Of a stretch of DNA of 64,000 nucleotides, positions 18,370-28,416 are shown piece by piece (within the stretch, counting starts at the first letter, position 1; each line of letters begins with the position of its first letter). The stretch is from an uncultured Candidatus Saccharibacteria bacterium (GTDB lineage Bacteria; Patescibacteriota; Doudnabacteria; UBA920): positions 3,151 through 67,150 of the forward strand of contig CAZLNP010000005.1 in NCBI GenBank assembly GCA_964561085.1. Reading direction: 5' to 3'. The notes beneath the pieces are model-generated. The model saw only the letters and a list, made by a program, of their open reading frames with translations, did not search any database and was not told the DNA's origin. The position numbers and the translations under genes were made by a program.

Positions 18370-19166
18370 ATGGATCCAAATATTCAGTTTTTTAAGGATA
18401 ACTTGCTCGCACTAGGCTTAGCTTCGAGAGAAGCTCAAGTTTATTTAGCTTTGTTAGACATAGGGCATGGCACCGTGACTGAGATTACTAGGCGCGCTGG
18501 CATTAATAGAACCACAGGTTATGATATTTTGGATACCCTTGTGAGCAAGGGTTTTGTAGTATTTCTGGAAAAGAACCAAAGCAGGAATACGCAGCCGAAT
18601 CCCCTGAGAAAATTCTGGCATACTTGGAAGAAGAGCAGGTTGCTTCTGCAAAAAAGTTGGAAGCCGCTAAGCAATTCATTCCACAGCTAAAAACTCTTCA
18701 TAACACTCAAAGTCGTCCGAAAGTCCGGTACTATGAAGGGATTGAAGGATTGCGTGAAGTTTATGAGGATACCTTAACTAGCAAGGAAGATTTGCGTAGT
18801 TTGGCGCTAGTAGACGAGGCAGAAAGCACTTTGGAAGGTTATTTCCCTAAGTATTACCAACGCCGCGCTGCGAAAAACATCAATATTAGAGCCATATTTC
18901 CTGACTCCCCCGGTGCCCGTCACTTAAAGACTAAGGATGGCATTGAAAAACGAACTAGTTTAATTGTTCCTGGTAATGAATATGATTTGAAGCCTGAAAT
19001 TAACGTGTATGATAACAAGGTAATGATTGCTTCCTGGCATGAAAAGTTAGGAATAATTATAGAATCTCAAGAAATAGCTAATGCTATGAAAATGTTGTTT
19101 GAATTGGCCTGGAAAGAAGCTGAACTTGAAGACATAACCTCTGATAAAGATTTACTTAAGAAATAA
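18370..19166 (+). pseudogene. TrmB-family regulator split by a -1 frameshift near 18555 (pseudogene, sequencing error or programmed shift)
   Basis: HTH half 18370..; continuation SISGKEPKQEYAAESPEK...PKVRYYEG lies in the -1 frame through 19166. Confidence 0.75.
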
Positions 19167-19173
19167 TAAAGAA

Positions 19174-19644
19174 ATGCTGAAGATTAAAATTGTATGTTTG
19201 GGCAAACTTAAAGAAAAAGCCTATGTTGAGCTAGAGAAAGAGTACTTGAAGCGGATATCCCCTTTTGCGAAGGTGAAAGTTGTGGAACTTAGTGAAGTGC
19301 CGTACAAATCTGAAGAAATGGCAGCAAAAGCAAAAGAAAAAGAAGCTGAACTAATAGTGAAACAGCTTCCAGACAATGGTATTGTAATTTTACTTGAAGA
19401 AAAAGGCCAAGAGAGAGATTCAGTAGCCTTCTCAGACTTTTTGGAACGGATAGGGGGGCTTGGTCAGGAAATCGTATTTGTGATTGGAAGCGGCATAGGA
19501 CTAAGTGAGTCTCTGAAAGAATATTCAAATCACAACATATCGCTAAGTAAATTAACTTTTCCGCATAATATGGCCAGAATCCTGCTAGAAGAGCAGATTT
19601 ACAGAGCCTGTACTATTAGCCTTGGGAAGAGTTATCATAAGTAG
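19174..19644 (+). CDS. rlmH: 23S rRNA pseudouridine-1915 N3-methyltransferase
   Basis: GKLKEK, FVIG, SLSKLTFPH, EQIYRA, YHK. Confidence 0.95.
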   Translation: MLKIKIVCLGKLKEKAYVELEKEYLKRISPFAKVKVVELSEVPYKSEEMAAKAKEKEAELIVKQLPDNGIVILLEEKGQERDSVAFSDFLERIGGLGQEIVFVIGSGIGLSESLKEYSNHNISLSKLTFPHNMARILLEEQIYRACTISLGKSYHK

Positions 19645-20992
19645 CTTCATTGTTACTGATAGCCTCTTTAAGGCAAAGACCCACTATTATCCATAGTAAT
19701 AGCTGAGTAGGCCAGATTGTGTAGAAATAATGGTCAAAGAGGAAAAGAACCAAGAAAGCTACCCCAATTGATAAGAGAATAAGCTGCCAATCCTCTATTT
19801 TACGCTTAATTAAAGCAAAAATTGGCAATATGATAAGAGTTAGCAAAGGAATGGCTCCAATTCCCCACTCTGCCCATGAAATTAAGTAATAATTATGGAT
19901 TGGCTGAATTTCCCAAGGTTCAAGATCCAAACCGCTGTAATGTTTCATGTGCAACACACTAATTCCGAACCCCAAGCCAAAAACTGGCTTATCTGCGACT
20001 ATTTTCTTGCCTAAATCATTGTAAAACAAACGTTCTTTTACTGCTGAATCAGAAATTGTTGTCCTGGTGGATAAATATGGGGACAAAATCAATATACTAC
20101 CTGCTATAATTAGTGAAACAGGGATAAACAACTTAGCAATATCAGAAAACCGCTTATTTATAAGCAGTACTGAAAGTACCGCAAACATCCCAATTCCCAA
20201 CGCTAGTATTCCACCACGTGAGAAAGTTAGGAATAAACCAAATATATTTAATAAAAGAAGTACATAGACCCAAATTCCACGTGATGTTTGGGGCTTTTTA
20301 ATAAGTAAATATAAGTTAAGTATAGTTGCGCAGACCAGGAAGGCACTGAGAAGGTTTGAGTGAGGGAAAGTTCCATAGGATCTGATTAGTTTTGTTCCAT
20401 GAGAAACAATCTTGGCAACTCCAAGAGTTTCTGGGCTCAAATGGGATTCTCCAAGCAAATATAGCCCGATGGACTTTTGATAGTAAAATTGGAAGATAGC
20501 TATCAGGCTTTGAATACCCCCAAGAATTGAGAATATCCAAGCTAGTTTTTCACGTGAAACAGATATTCTGGTCACAGCCAAAGCCAGACCGATCAGTAGA
20601 ATAACTCTAAGAGAAAAATAAGCTTGAAGCGAAAGGGTCTCTTTGCTCTGGATTAATAATTCTAGAGCTAGCCACCCTACAATAACAACAGCGAGTCCTA
20701 GCCATATCTTGAGGGGACGAGATATGGCATTAGTAGTAGAGGACTGATTAACACGACGAGTGGAGATATAGTTCCACATGAAACACCAAGAGGCGATGAA
20801 GAGTAGGGCAACTAGAACAATATCGCTAATATATAGAGAAAGTGATGTGAAGTCAGAATAGGCACCCGTCTTAAAGTTCCATGTGGAACTGAAAACATAA
20901 CGGATAGAGAAGGGGATTAGCGCAATTAAAAAATAGAATAGGGGATTCATCAATTTTGTTGCACGTGTAACATCTTGTGAGAGAGATTGCAT
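19616..20992 (-). CDS. O-antigen ligase family membrane protein
   Basis: RSYGTFPHSN, LTFSRGG, FGLGFG, PIHNYYL; many TM helices. Confidence 0.85.
   Translation of the reverse strand: MQSLSQDVTRATKLMNPLFYFLIALIPFSIRYVFSSTWNFKTGAYSDFTSLSLYISDIVLVALLFIASWCFMWNYISTRRVNQSSTTNAISRPLKIWLGLAVVIVGWLALELLIQSKETLSLQAYFSLRVILLIGLALAVTRISVSREKLAWIFSILGGIQSLIAIFQFYYQKSIGLYLLGESHLSPETLGVAKIVSHGTKLIRSYGTFPHSNLLSAFLVCATILNLYLLIKKPQTSRGIWVYVLLLLNIFGLFLTFSRGGILALGIGMFAVLSVLLINKRFSDIAKLFIPVSLIIAGSILILSPYLSTRTTISDSAVKERLFYNDLGKKIVADKPVFGLGFGISVLHMKHYSGLDLEPWEIQPIHNYYLISWAEWGIGAIPLLTLIILPIFALIKRKIEDWQLILLSIGVAFLVLFLFDHYFYTIWPTQLLLWIIVGLCLKEAISNNEATYDNSSQG
19941..20972. promoter_or_regulatory. Cluster of six parS-like palindromes
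   Basis: 19941 TGTTTCATGTGCAACA; 20393 TGTTCCATGAGAAACA; 20546 TTTTTCACGTGAAACA; 20770 AGTTCCACATGAAACA; 20875 AGTTCCATGTGGAACT; 20957 TGTTGCACGTGTAACA versus consensus TGTTNCACGTGAAACA. Confidence 0.75.
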
Positions 20993-21030
20993 ATGCTATA
21001 ATTGTAGCATCACTATTAAATTTTCGGTTC

Positions 21031-21105
21031 CTTCCCGTAGCTCAATGGATAGAGCCCCGCACTCCTAACGCGGTAATGTAGGTTCGACTCCTGCCGGGAA
21101 GACCA
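21031..21105 (+). tRNA. tRNA-Arg(CCT)
   Basis: CTTCCCG...CCGCA-CTCCTAA-CGCGG...CGGGAAGACCA; one anticodon-stem mismatch. Confidence 0.9.
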
Positions 21106-21120
21106 TTGTAAAAGATAAAA

Positions 21121-21414
21121 ATGTTAGATCAAATTAAAGATAAAAAACTAGAAGAGTTGAACACTAATCTAGCTGGGATTAATAGCAAGTTAGGAAACTT
21201 ATGGTTTTCTTTTGCAAAAGGGTTGCTAACAGGATTAGGTTCAGTACTTGGTGCGGGCCTTGCGATTATACTGATTGGGTGGTTCTTAAATGTAATTGGT
21301 GTCATTCCTGCGTTGAGTAATACCGCAACGCAATGGCGTGAAGCATTTCAAGCAACTCAACAGTCTACGGGGATAATTCCTACTGGAACAGAATCAGAAA
21401 CCCCAGCTCAATAG
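21121..21414 (+). CDS. Small membrane protein (DUF5665-like)
   Basis: FAKGLLTGLGSVLGA...VIP pattern. Confidence 0.65.
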   Translation: MLDQIKDKKLEELNTNLAGINSKLGNLWFSFAKGLLTGLGSVLGAGLAIILIGWFLNVIGVIPALSNTATQWREAFQATQQSTGIIPTGTESETPAQ

Positions 21415-21465
21415 TTTACGAAATTTAAAACACCCTTCGGGGTGTTTTTGTATTATAATTAGGAA

Positions 21466-21891
21466 ATGGAAATGATTATTGAAACTAAGTTAGACTTTGA
21501 TCAGACTGTTGGAACGGAAGATCGGTTTGCAATTCGTAAGGTGATTGATTCTTTTGCATTCGCTGCAAACGGTGGTGATATTGAAAAGTTAAACAATCTA
21601 ATATCCGACTCTACTGTGATTGAGGGTTTCTCGGATTTGCCTTATGTAAAGGAAGAGTTTTTGAGCGTGGTTTCACGCTGGCAGAGTAGTGGCAAGCACA
21701 TAATGCGATTTCCAAAATTGAAACTTACATACGGACACTATTTGTATCACTTAACAGGAACTTACGAAGAGTTTGTTGATGGAATTCTTTCAACTGAAGG
21801 AACCATTGAGCTTGCTTTAATAAAGAACGATAGGGGATTCGAGTTTGTGAAAATTGTGTTCTTCCCCCGCATGCGTTTAGCGGAAGACTAG
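21466..21891 (+). CDS. NTF2-like hypothetical protein
   Basis: AIRKVIDSFAFAANGGDIEKL helix followed by beta strands. Confidence 0.55.
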   Translation: MEMIIETKLDFDQTVGTEDRFAIRKVIDSFAFAANGGDIEKLNNLISDSTVIEGFSDLPYVKEEFLSVVSRWQSSGKHIMRFPKLKLTYGHYLYHLTGTYEEFVDGILSTEGTIELALIKNDRGFEFVKIVFFPRMRLAED

Positions 21892-21973
21892 TTTGCTATT
21901 ATGCAACACTCGTGAAATGTTTTGGCAACACTCGTGCAACGTAATGCGTTTTGTGATAACATTCACTATCAAT

Positions 21974-22063
<90 letters not shown>

Positions 22064-22085
22064 ATGACTAAATCAATTTTAATAT

Positions 22086-22271
22086 ATGCCAATTGATCAA
22101 AACTTGAATCTCCTTCTGAAAGAAGTTTGGAGAATAGATAATAAAGTGATGAAGAAAGAAGAATTAACTGAACAAGAAAAATCTTTTTACAATGAACACC
22201 TCTCTATAATAAAAGACTATTATGTAGAGAATTATATTTATTGGAAAGATAAGAATCGTTTAGGAGAATAA
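22086..22271 (+). CDS. Small hypothetical protein
   Basis: 61-aa ORF after tRNA-Ser, followed by a terminator hairpin. Confidence 0.5.
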   Translation: MPIDQNLNLLLKEVWRIDNKVMKKEELTEQEKSFYNEHLSIIKDYYVENYIYWKDKNRLGE

Positions 22272-22386
22272 TTTTAAAAAGACGGACAAATGTCCGTCTT
22301 TTTATATTACATAACTTTATTTTTTCTTCAGGAAAACTTTATCAAAACTTTAGAATTTCTTTATAAAAGTTTGAGTTTTTCTTGAA

Positions 22387-23436
22387 CTAGGTTTTAAGAT
22401 AGCTTTTGTACAATGAAATCTGACCCAAGGCGCGAGCCTTGTTGTGGGCCTTGCGGGTGTTGTACCGAGTTTCGTCCCAGCCGAAGTAGGAGTCGTCTAA
22501 ATAATCATTTAAGAAACGGGTAGCAAGGCCTAACATTACTAGTTTGCATGCTTGGGGGATTAGCGCTATTTCTCTCTCAGAGAGGAGTCCTTTTGAAGTG
22601 GCCAAGTATCCGCGCATTAGAGCCTCGTAAATTCCCGAGTTGAAAGAGTTGTTAGGATCATCTTCTAAGCCACCGCACCAGGAACGAACTGCATCCGCTA
22701 CTTCATATAGAGGGCTAAGAACTTGAAGGGTATCATAATCTATCATGCCAATTCCGTTGCCGTTTTCATCAAAAAGAAAATTGCTGGTTTTTGGGTCTGC
22801 ATGGATGATGCTAGCTGGTAAATCATCTGGAAGGAATAGCTTAGGGATTTCAGTGTGAAGCAGAAGTGCTGCTTCACGGATTTGTTCGTCTGCGTCTGCT
22901 GCGAACCGTTCTTGATATTGGTTTAGTATATCGAACCAGAGTTTGTAGTTATGAGACTTCCGCCCACTGTCTAAAGCCTTGGGATATTTTGCTAAAGCCG
23001 TATCTACTTCCCCAAGAACTTTTCCAGCTTCCTCTGCCATCGTGTTTCCTGTGCAAGTCTCATATGTGAAACCTTCAACTCCTTGCATTAATCGCCAGCG
23101 CCAAGTGTTTTCTTCTGGGCCAACCATGTCGCCTTGTTCGCCATCATCTTCAACCCAAAGACTTCCATCTTTAGTTCGCAACATTGTTTGAGTTTGTAAT
23201 CCTTGCTCACGTAGAAAGTGTGTCACGTGAAAATAATTACTCATCGATCCATTCATAGATACAGCCGGGTGCACCAACTGTAAAACGTACAACAAATTTT
23301 CAGCATTATTATTGTCAAGCGTTCTAATGAGGAATGTTTTATTCAACAGCCCACTGTTGGCGCGCTTAATGCTTTCGCTAGAAATACTAGCTAATTCGGG
23401 AATGTCCCAGTTGTGTAACACTTGTTCTGGTTTCAT
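22387..23436 (-). CDS. Aminoglycoside-phosphotransferase-like kinase (N-acetylhexosamine kinase-like)
   Basis: GLLNKTF, IIHADPKTSNFLF, IDYDT, RFLNDYL...YF, HNKARA. Confidence 0.85.
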   Translation of the reverse strand: MKPEQVLHNWDIPELASISSESIKRANSGLLNKTFLIRTLDNNNAENLLYVLQLVHPAVSMNGSMSNYFHVTHFLREQGLQTQTMLRTKDGSLWVEDDGEQGDMVGPEENTWRWRLMQGVEGFTYETCTGNTMAEEAGKVLGEVDTALAKYPKALDSGRKSHNYKLWFDILNQYQERFAADADEQIREAALLLHTEIPKLFLPDDLPASIIHADPKTSNFLFDENGNGIGMIDYDTLQVLSPLYEVADAVRSWCGGLEDDPNNSFNSGIYEALMRGYLATSKGLLSEREIALIPQACKLVMLGLATRFLNDYLDDSYFGWDETRYNTRKAHNKARALGQISLYKSYLKT

Positions 23437-23490
23437 ACGAGTGGTTTTACTGACAAATTAATAGTATCATACAAGTACTAACCTAAACAT

Positions 23491-24636
23491 ATGGAAAATA
23501 ACACAAACAAGAAAGGCAAGATTCTGATTCTCTACACCTCAATTGGATTGGGGCATAAATATATTGCGCTAAACATCGCTTATCATTTAGAGAAAGCAGG
23601 TTTTGAGATTAAACTTGCAGATGTACTAAAAGTACAAAGTGGAATAATGGTAGATGCAGGGGAATGGTTTCACAGTTTAATTAATCGCCGGTTCCCTTTT
23701 ATTTGGCGCTGGCTATATTTTAGTAAAGCATTTGCAAAGGTGACCATGCCCTTTCGTGTTCCACTAGCGGGTAAGAACAGCGAGAACATTCAAAGTGCTG
23801 TGAGAGAATTTCAACCGGACATGGTGATATCAACTCAAACAAGTGCGTCCGCTCCAATGGCTTACATGAAACAACATAAATTGTTCAACGGTAAGTTTGT
23901 CATTGCTTTTAGCGACTATCACTTTCATCCATATTGGTTTTACGACCAAGCAGATTTTTATTTGGTAAACATCAAAGAACAAAAAGATGCACTTGAGAAG
24001 TTGGGAGTGCCTGCAGAGAAGATTGTTGTTTGCGGAATTACGTTGAAACCATCAGAAGATGTTAACGTAGAGTCAGTGAAACAAAAACTTGGTCTCACAG
24101 GGAAAGATGTTGTGCTAATGTCTAGTGGTTCGTTAGGAATTGGTTTCCCAGAAAGTCTGTTGTTGGACTACGCAAAGGAGTTAACCAAGATACAACCGAA
24201 CGCACAGTTAGTAGTAGTGTGTGGCAAGAATGAAACAATGAAGAAACATTTAGAAGATGAAGCAGTCAAACTGAAACTGAACATGACAGTGCTTGGCTTT
24301 TACGAACCTATGTCAGAACTGTATGCCATCACAAATGTGTTTCTCACAAAACCAGGAGGGTTAACAGTAGCAGAGGCGTTGCGAGATAGGGTGACTATGT
24401 TGACCACTCACTTTTTACCAGGGCAGGAAGAGCTGAATTACGAGTATCTGACAACAAGAAAACTGATGCAACCAATACCATCACCTATGACTCCACATAA
24501 TTTGGTGTCTAGAACAGTAGAGTTAATGAAACAAAAAATAGAAGTAGAAAACCCAAATTCCATAGAAATAACACAGAAAAATAACGAGGGATCAGCGTTA
24601 ATAAAAAGTATCGAAAATTTGTTTCATAATGTTTGA
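23491..24636 (+). CDS. MGDG-synthase / UgtP-like glycosyltransferase (GT28)
   Basis: SIGLGH, SDYHFHPYW, VCGKN, TKPGGLTVAEA, PGQEELN. Confidence 0.88.
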   Translation: MENNTNKKGKILILYTSIGLGHKYIALNIAYHLEKAGFEIKLADVLKVQSGIMVDAGEWFHSLINRRFPFIWRWLYFSKAFAKVTMPFRVPLAGKNSENIQSAVREFQPDMVISTQTSASAPMAYMKQHKLFNGKFVIAFSDYHFHPYWFYDQADFYLVNIKEQKDALEKLGVPAEKIVVCGITLKPSEDVNVESVKQKLGLTGKDVVLMSSGSLGIGFPESLLLDYAKELTKIQPNAQLVVVCGKNETMKKHLEDEAVKLKLNMTVLGFYEPMSELYAITNVFLTKPGGLTVAEALRDRVTMLTTHFLPGQEELNYEYLTTRKLMQPIPSPMTPHNLVSRTVELMKQKIEVENPNSIEITQKNNEGSALIKSIENLFHNV

Positions 24637-24689
24637 CGAGCTCAAATCCATGCGTTAGTATAAGACAAAGAGTATTTAACTGATATATT

Positions 24690-25379
24690 ATGCCACGCAA
24701 AGAAAAATCATTTTTTGGGAAAATCATGGGCGGCGATGTTACTGATGTCGACCAAGTAGAAGAGGAAGAAACTGTTGAAGAAACCACTATTCTAGACGAC
24801 GACGATTTAGAAGATCTTGAAGCTGACGATGATATTGACGATCTAGAGGAAGAAGACGACGAAGTTCATTATGTTGAAGAACCAGCTGTTGCTCAAGCTC
24901 CTGCTCAAGAATACGAAGACGAATCAGATGATAGCGAAGATGAAGGCGAGCTTGAAGTTCCTGTCCAAGGTGGATATGAAGAAGCTGAACCTGTTGCTGT
25001 CGGTGGTGCTGCGGTAAGTCAAAAAGATGAAGAGTGGATGAATGACTACGAAGGTGCTCTGAACATCGACATGTATCAGACCAAAGATAACGTGATCATC
25101 AAATCTACAATTGCAGGTGTTCGTCCAGACGACATCGACATCACAGTTGCGAACGACATGGTGACAATCAAAGGCTCTCGTACACGTGAAGAAAAAATTA
25201 CTCAAGACGATTACTTCTACCAAGAATGTTATTGGGGAAGTTTCTCAAGAAGCGTAATTGTTCCAGTAGACATCGATAGTGAAAACATTGAAGCTGATTT
25301 GAAAGATGGAATCCTAACTGTAATTGTTCCAAAAGCTGCAAAGGCTAAGACAAAGAAAGTTAAAGTTAAAGGATTATAA
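24690..25379 (+). CDS. Hsp20/alpha-crystallin protein with long acidic N-terminus
   Basis: IDMYQT...AGVRPDDIDI...ECYWGSFSRS...DGILTV. Confidence 0.9.
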   Translation: MPRKEKSFFGKIMGGDVTDVDQVEEEETVEETTILDDDDLEDLEADDDIDDLEEEDDEVHYVEEPAVAQAPAQEYEDESDDSEDEGELEVPVQGGYEEAEPVAVGGAAVSQKDEEWMNDYEGALNIDMYQTKDNVIIKSTIAGVRPDDIDITVANDMVTIKGSRTREEKITQDDYFYQECYWGSFSRSVIVPVDIDSENIEADLKDGILTVIVPKAAKAKTKKVKVKGL

Positions 25380-25459
25380 GCTATTAAAGCAAAGAAAAGC
25401 TCCGCTCTTGCGGAGCTTTTTAAATACTGATATACTCTTTCGTTAAAGGAGGAAAAAAG

Positions 25460-25897
25460 TTGAAAGTTATATCTGATGAATATTTTGAAGCGCATTTATC
25501 AAATGATTTTTATAACCCAATTTACAATACCGAAGATCACCGACTCTTAGAAGCCAAATCCATCGCAGGGCACATCCTAAAAGATCCGAACTATTGGATG
25601 GTGTATCAAAGCTCTGTTTTTGCTTTAAATACGGAAAAAATTTATTTGCTCTGGGCGCATGGAGTAGGTAAAAAAGATTCGTCGGAATATTGGTATCAGG
25701 ATGAAGACAACTTATTTAAGGTTCAGGAGTGGGTGAATGACAAAGATGGTTTAGGAGCAGTTTTAATTATTTTTACTTGTAATGTAATTGGAGCTACTCT
25801 CTTTTCCAGAAAGTCCCCGATTTTCTATCCCACTTCTGAACTTAGCTATAACGATATAATCGAAGGAAAGAATATTCAAATGTCCATTCCTAGATAG
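25460..25897 (+). CDS. Hypothetical protein
   Basis: 145-aa ORF; AAGGAGG SD before TTG. Confidence 0.6.
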   Translation: MKVISDEYFEAHLSNDFYNPIYNTEDHRLLEAKSIAGHILKDPNYWMVYQSSVFALNTEKIYLLWAHGVGKKDSSEYWYQDEDNLFKVQEWVNDKDGLGAVLIIFTCNVIGATLFSRKSPIFYPTSELSYNDIIEGKNIQMSIPR

Positions 25898-26014
25898 ATT
25901 TCTTACTAGCTTTAGGTCGCCAATTGTAGGCGGCCTTTTTTATGGTTTCATAATGACTAAAATGCTATAATTTATAGTGAAATACCTTACACTTAAAATC
26001 TGAAATTCAAACAA

Positions 26015-28228
26015 ATGGGCAGACCCAAAAAAATAAAAGATGAGCCTTCAATCCTCAAATCTATCCCAAAACCACATTTAGACCTAGCATCAGATACTAA
26101 GCGCGGAATTGCCGTGGTAGTTTTTGCTATTTTGGCAGGCGTGACTGGGCTTTCCGTAGTTGGTGCGGCTGGTGGTCTTGGCCAATTCATTTTTAAAATC
26201 TTCCAGCTAATTGCTGGTGTACTAGGCTACCTTATGCCAGTGCTATTTTTACTGGTCGCTTACCTTCTGTTCAAGAGTACTCCCGATGAAGAAAACAAAC
26301 ATCCCTATTTCCGAACTTACTTAGGAATATTTTTAGCTGTTGGTGCAATAGCTGGATTAATTCACTCTGTGTATATAACTCCCGAGATGGGAGCTGTGAC
26401 AATTGCTAACGCCGGAAAAGCGGGTGGCTGGTTGGGAGCACTTTTTGCCGGACCTATTATTGGCGCGTTTGGATTTTGGGCTGGTGGATTACTGATGGTC
26501 GGAATTTTAATAATTGGCGTAGGAGTCACTTTAAACATTTCTCCAACAATGTTCTTCAAGAAAAAATTGAAAGAAGAAGGTGCACCAGGAGCTTTGGATA
26601 AAGTCAAAATTAATTCTCTAGATTCATCTGACGAAACTGAAGACGAAGAAGATGCTGAACTTGATGAAGCCGATGAAGAGGATGAAACGCCACGACCAAA
26701 ACTAAATACATCTATTAATTTAACTCCGTCTGGTCCAAGCAAAGAAGACGAAGAGATCTCGAAGATGGAATCTATTATTATAGAGGATCGTCGCGATTGG
26801 AAACTTCCTCCGTTTGATTTACTAGATGACAACAAAACAGAAGTTGATTCTGGTGACATTGAAAGCAATGTTCAGATTATTCAAAAGACTTTAGCAGACT
26901 TTGGTATAGATGTAGAAATGGGAGAAGTGAATGTTGGTCCGACTGTAACTCAGTACACACTTCGTCCATCAACTGGTGTTAAGCTTTCACAAATTGCAGG
27001 TTTGCAAAACGATTTAGCTTTGGCACTTTCTGCGCAATCAATTCGTATGGAGCTTCCAATTCCCGGTAAAGCGTTAGTTGGTATTGAAGTGCCAAATAAA
27101 ACTACAGCCATGGTTCGCCTTCGTGAAGTTATGCAAACATCTGACTTCGTTAATCACAAGAGCAAGCTTGCTGTCTCTCTTGGTCGCGATGTAGCTGGCC
27201 GACCAATGGTAACTGATTTAGCTAAGATGCCACACATGCTAATTGCTGGCGCTACTGGCACAGGTAAATCTGTGGGAATCAATAGTTTGTTCGTCTCTCT
27301 ACTATATAGAAACACTCCGCAAGATATTAAGTTCATCGTTGTAGACCCGAAGCGCGTTGAATTAAGTATGTATAACGGTATCCCTCATCTTCTTACTCCC
27401 GCAATCACTGAACCAGATAAAGCTGTTAACGCGTTAAAGTGGGCTGTGGCGGAAATGGAACGACGTTATAAATTGCTTGCAGAAGCTGGAAATAGGAATA
27501 TTGCTGACTACAATGCAGCGACTGAATTAAAACTTCCTTACATTGTAATCATTGTTGATGAATTAGCTGACCTGATGGCAGTTGCTCAGAATGAAGTTGA
27601 AGCTGCTATTGTTCGCTTGGCGCAAATGGCTCGCGCTGTTGGAATTCACTTAGTACTTGCTACTCAGAGCCCTCGTGTAGATGTTATTACCGGTTTGATT
27701 AAGGCTAACATTACATCCCGTGTTGCTTTTGCAGTTGCATCTCAAGTTGACTCTCGAACTATCTTAGATATGAGTGGTGCAGAAAAACTTTTGGGAAATG
27801 GTGACATGTTGTTTACTTCTGCAGAGTTCAATAAGCCACGTCGTGTACAGGGCGCATACATTGGCGAACAAGAAGTGCGCAAGGTTGTAGACTTCTTTAA
27901 GAATCAAGCAGGTGCTGTAATCTACAATGAAGATGTAATTGAAAAACCAAAACGCGGTCTCGGCTTAAATGGTCAAGGTGGTGACGACGGAAATGACGAA
28001 GACGATATGTACGATGCAGCCAAAGAAGAAGTGACCCGTGCTGGAAAAGCTTCAGCTTCACTTTTGCAACGTCGCCTTCGTGTTGGTTACGCTCGCGCTG
28101 CTCGCTTATTAGACTTACTAGAAGAACGAAATGTTATTGGGCCAGGTGATGGCGCTAAGCCTCGTGAGGTTTATGCAATCTCTGATGAAGAACGCGCGGA
28201 GTATGGGAGTGAAGAAGAAGAAAGATAA
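26015..28228 (+). CDS. ftsK: DNA translocase FtsK/SpoIIIE
   Basis: N-terminal TMs, HMLIAGATGTGKS, VDELADLM, gamma domain SASLLQRRLRVGYARAAR. Confidence 0.97.
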   Translation: MGRPKKIKDEPSILKSIPKPHLDLASDTKRGIAVVVFAILAGVTGLSVVGAAGGLGQFIFKIFQLIAGVLGYLMPVLFLLVAYLLFKSTPDEENKHPYFRTYLGIFLAVGAIAGLIHSVYITPEMGAVTIANAGKAGGWLGALFAGPIIGAFGFWAGGLLMVGILIIGVGVTLNISPTMFFKKKLKEEGAPGALDKVKINSLDSSDETEDEEDAELDEADEEDETPRPKLNTSINLTPSGPSKEDEEISKMESIIIEDRRDWKLPPFDLLDDNKTEVDSGDIESNVQIIQKTLADFGIDVEMGEVNVGPTVTQYTLRPSTGVKLSQIAGLQNDLALALSAQSIRMELPIPGKALVGIEVPNKTTAMVRLREVMQTSDFVNHKSKLAVSLGRDVAGRPMVTDLAKMPHMLIAGATGTGKSVGINSLFVSLLYRNTPQDIKFIVVDPKRVELSMYNGIPHLLTPAITEPDKAVNALKWAVAEMERRYKLLAEAGNRNIADYNAATELKLPYIVIIVDELADLMAVAQNEVEAAIVRLAQMARAVGIHLVLATQSPRVDVITGLIKANITSRVAFAVASQVDSRTILDMSGAEKLLGNGDMLFTSAEFNKPRRVQGAYIGEQEVRKVVDFFKNQAGAVIYNEDVIEKPKRGLGLNGQGGDDGNDEDDMYDAAKEEVTRAGKASASLLQRRLRVGYARAARLLDLLEERNVIGPGDGAKPREVYAISDEERAEYGSEEEER

Positions 28229-28238
28229 ACTCAAAAAT

Positions 28239-28262
28239 AAAAAGCACCGAGAGGTGCTTTTT
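28239..28262. terminator. Bidirectional intrinsic terminator after ftsK
   Basis: AAAAAGCACC-GAGA-GGTGCTTTTT. Confidence 0.85.
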
Positions 28263-28416
28263 TGTTCTCCCAAATTATCCCTCTCGCCGTTGTGGAAACT
28301 GAAAGGTATTAGCCAAGCAGGCTGTAAGCTGAGTGCAGTCCAAATGGTCAAAAGCTGCCTGCGTGCAAATGACCTTTCAGTTTTTCCAGGCAATGATGTG
28401 TGGTATGATAAATGAT

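Noticed and set aside
21903-21945. Direct repeat GCAACACTCGTG x2 upstream of tRNA-Ser
   Set aside because: Only two copies and no assignable function; at most degenerate parS half-sites or an operator.
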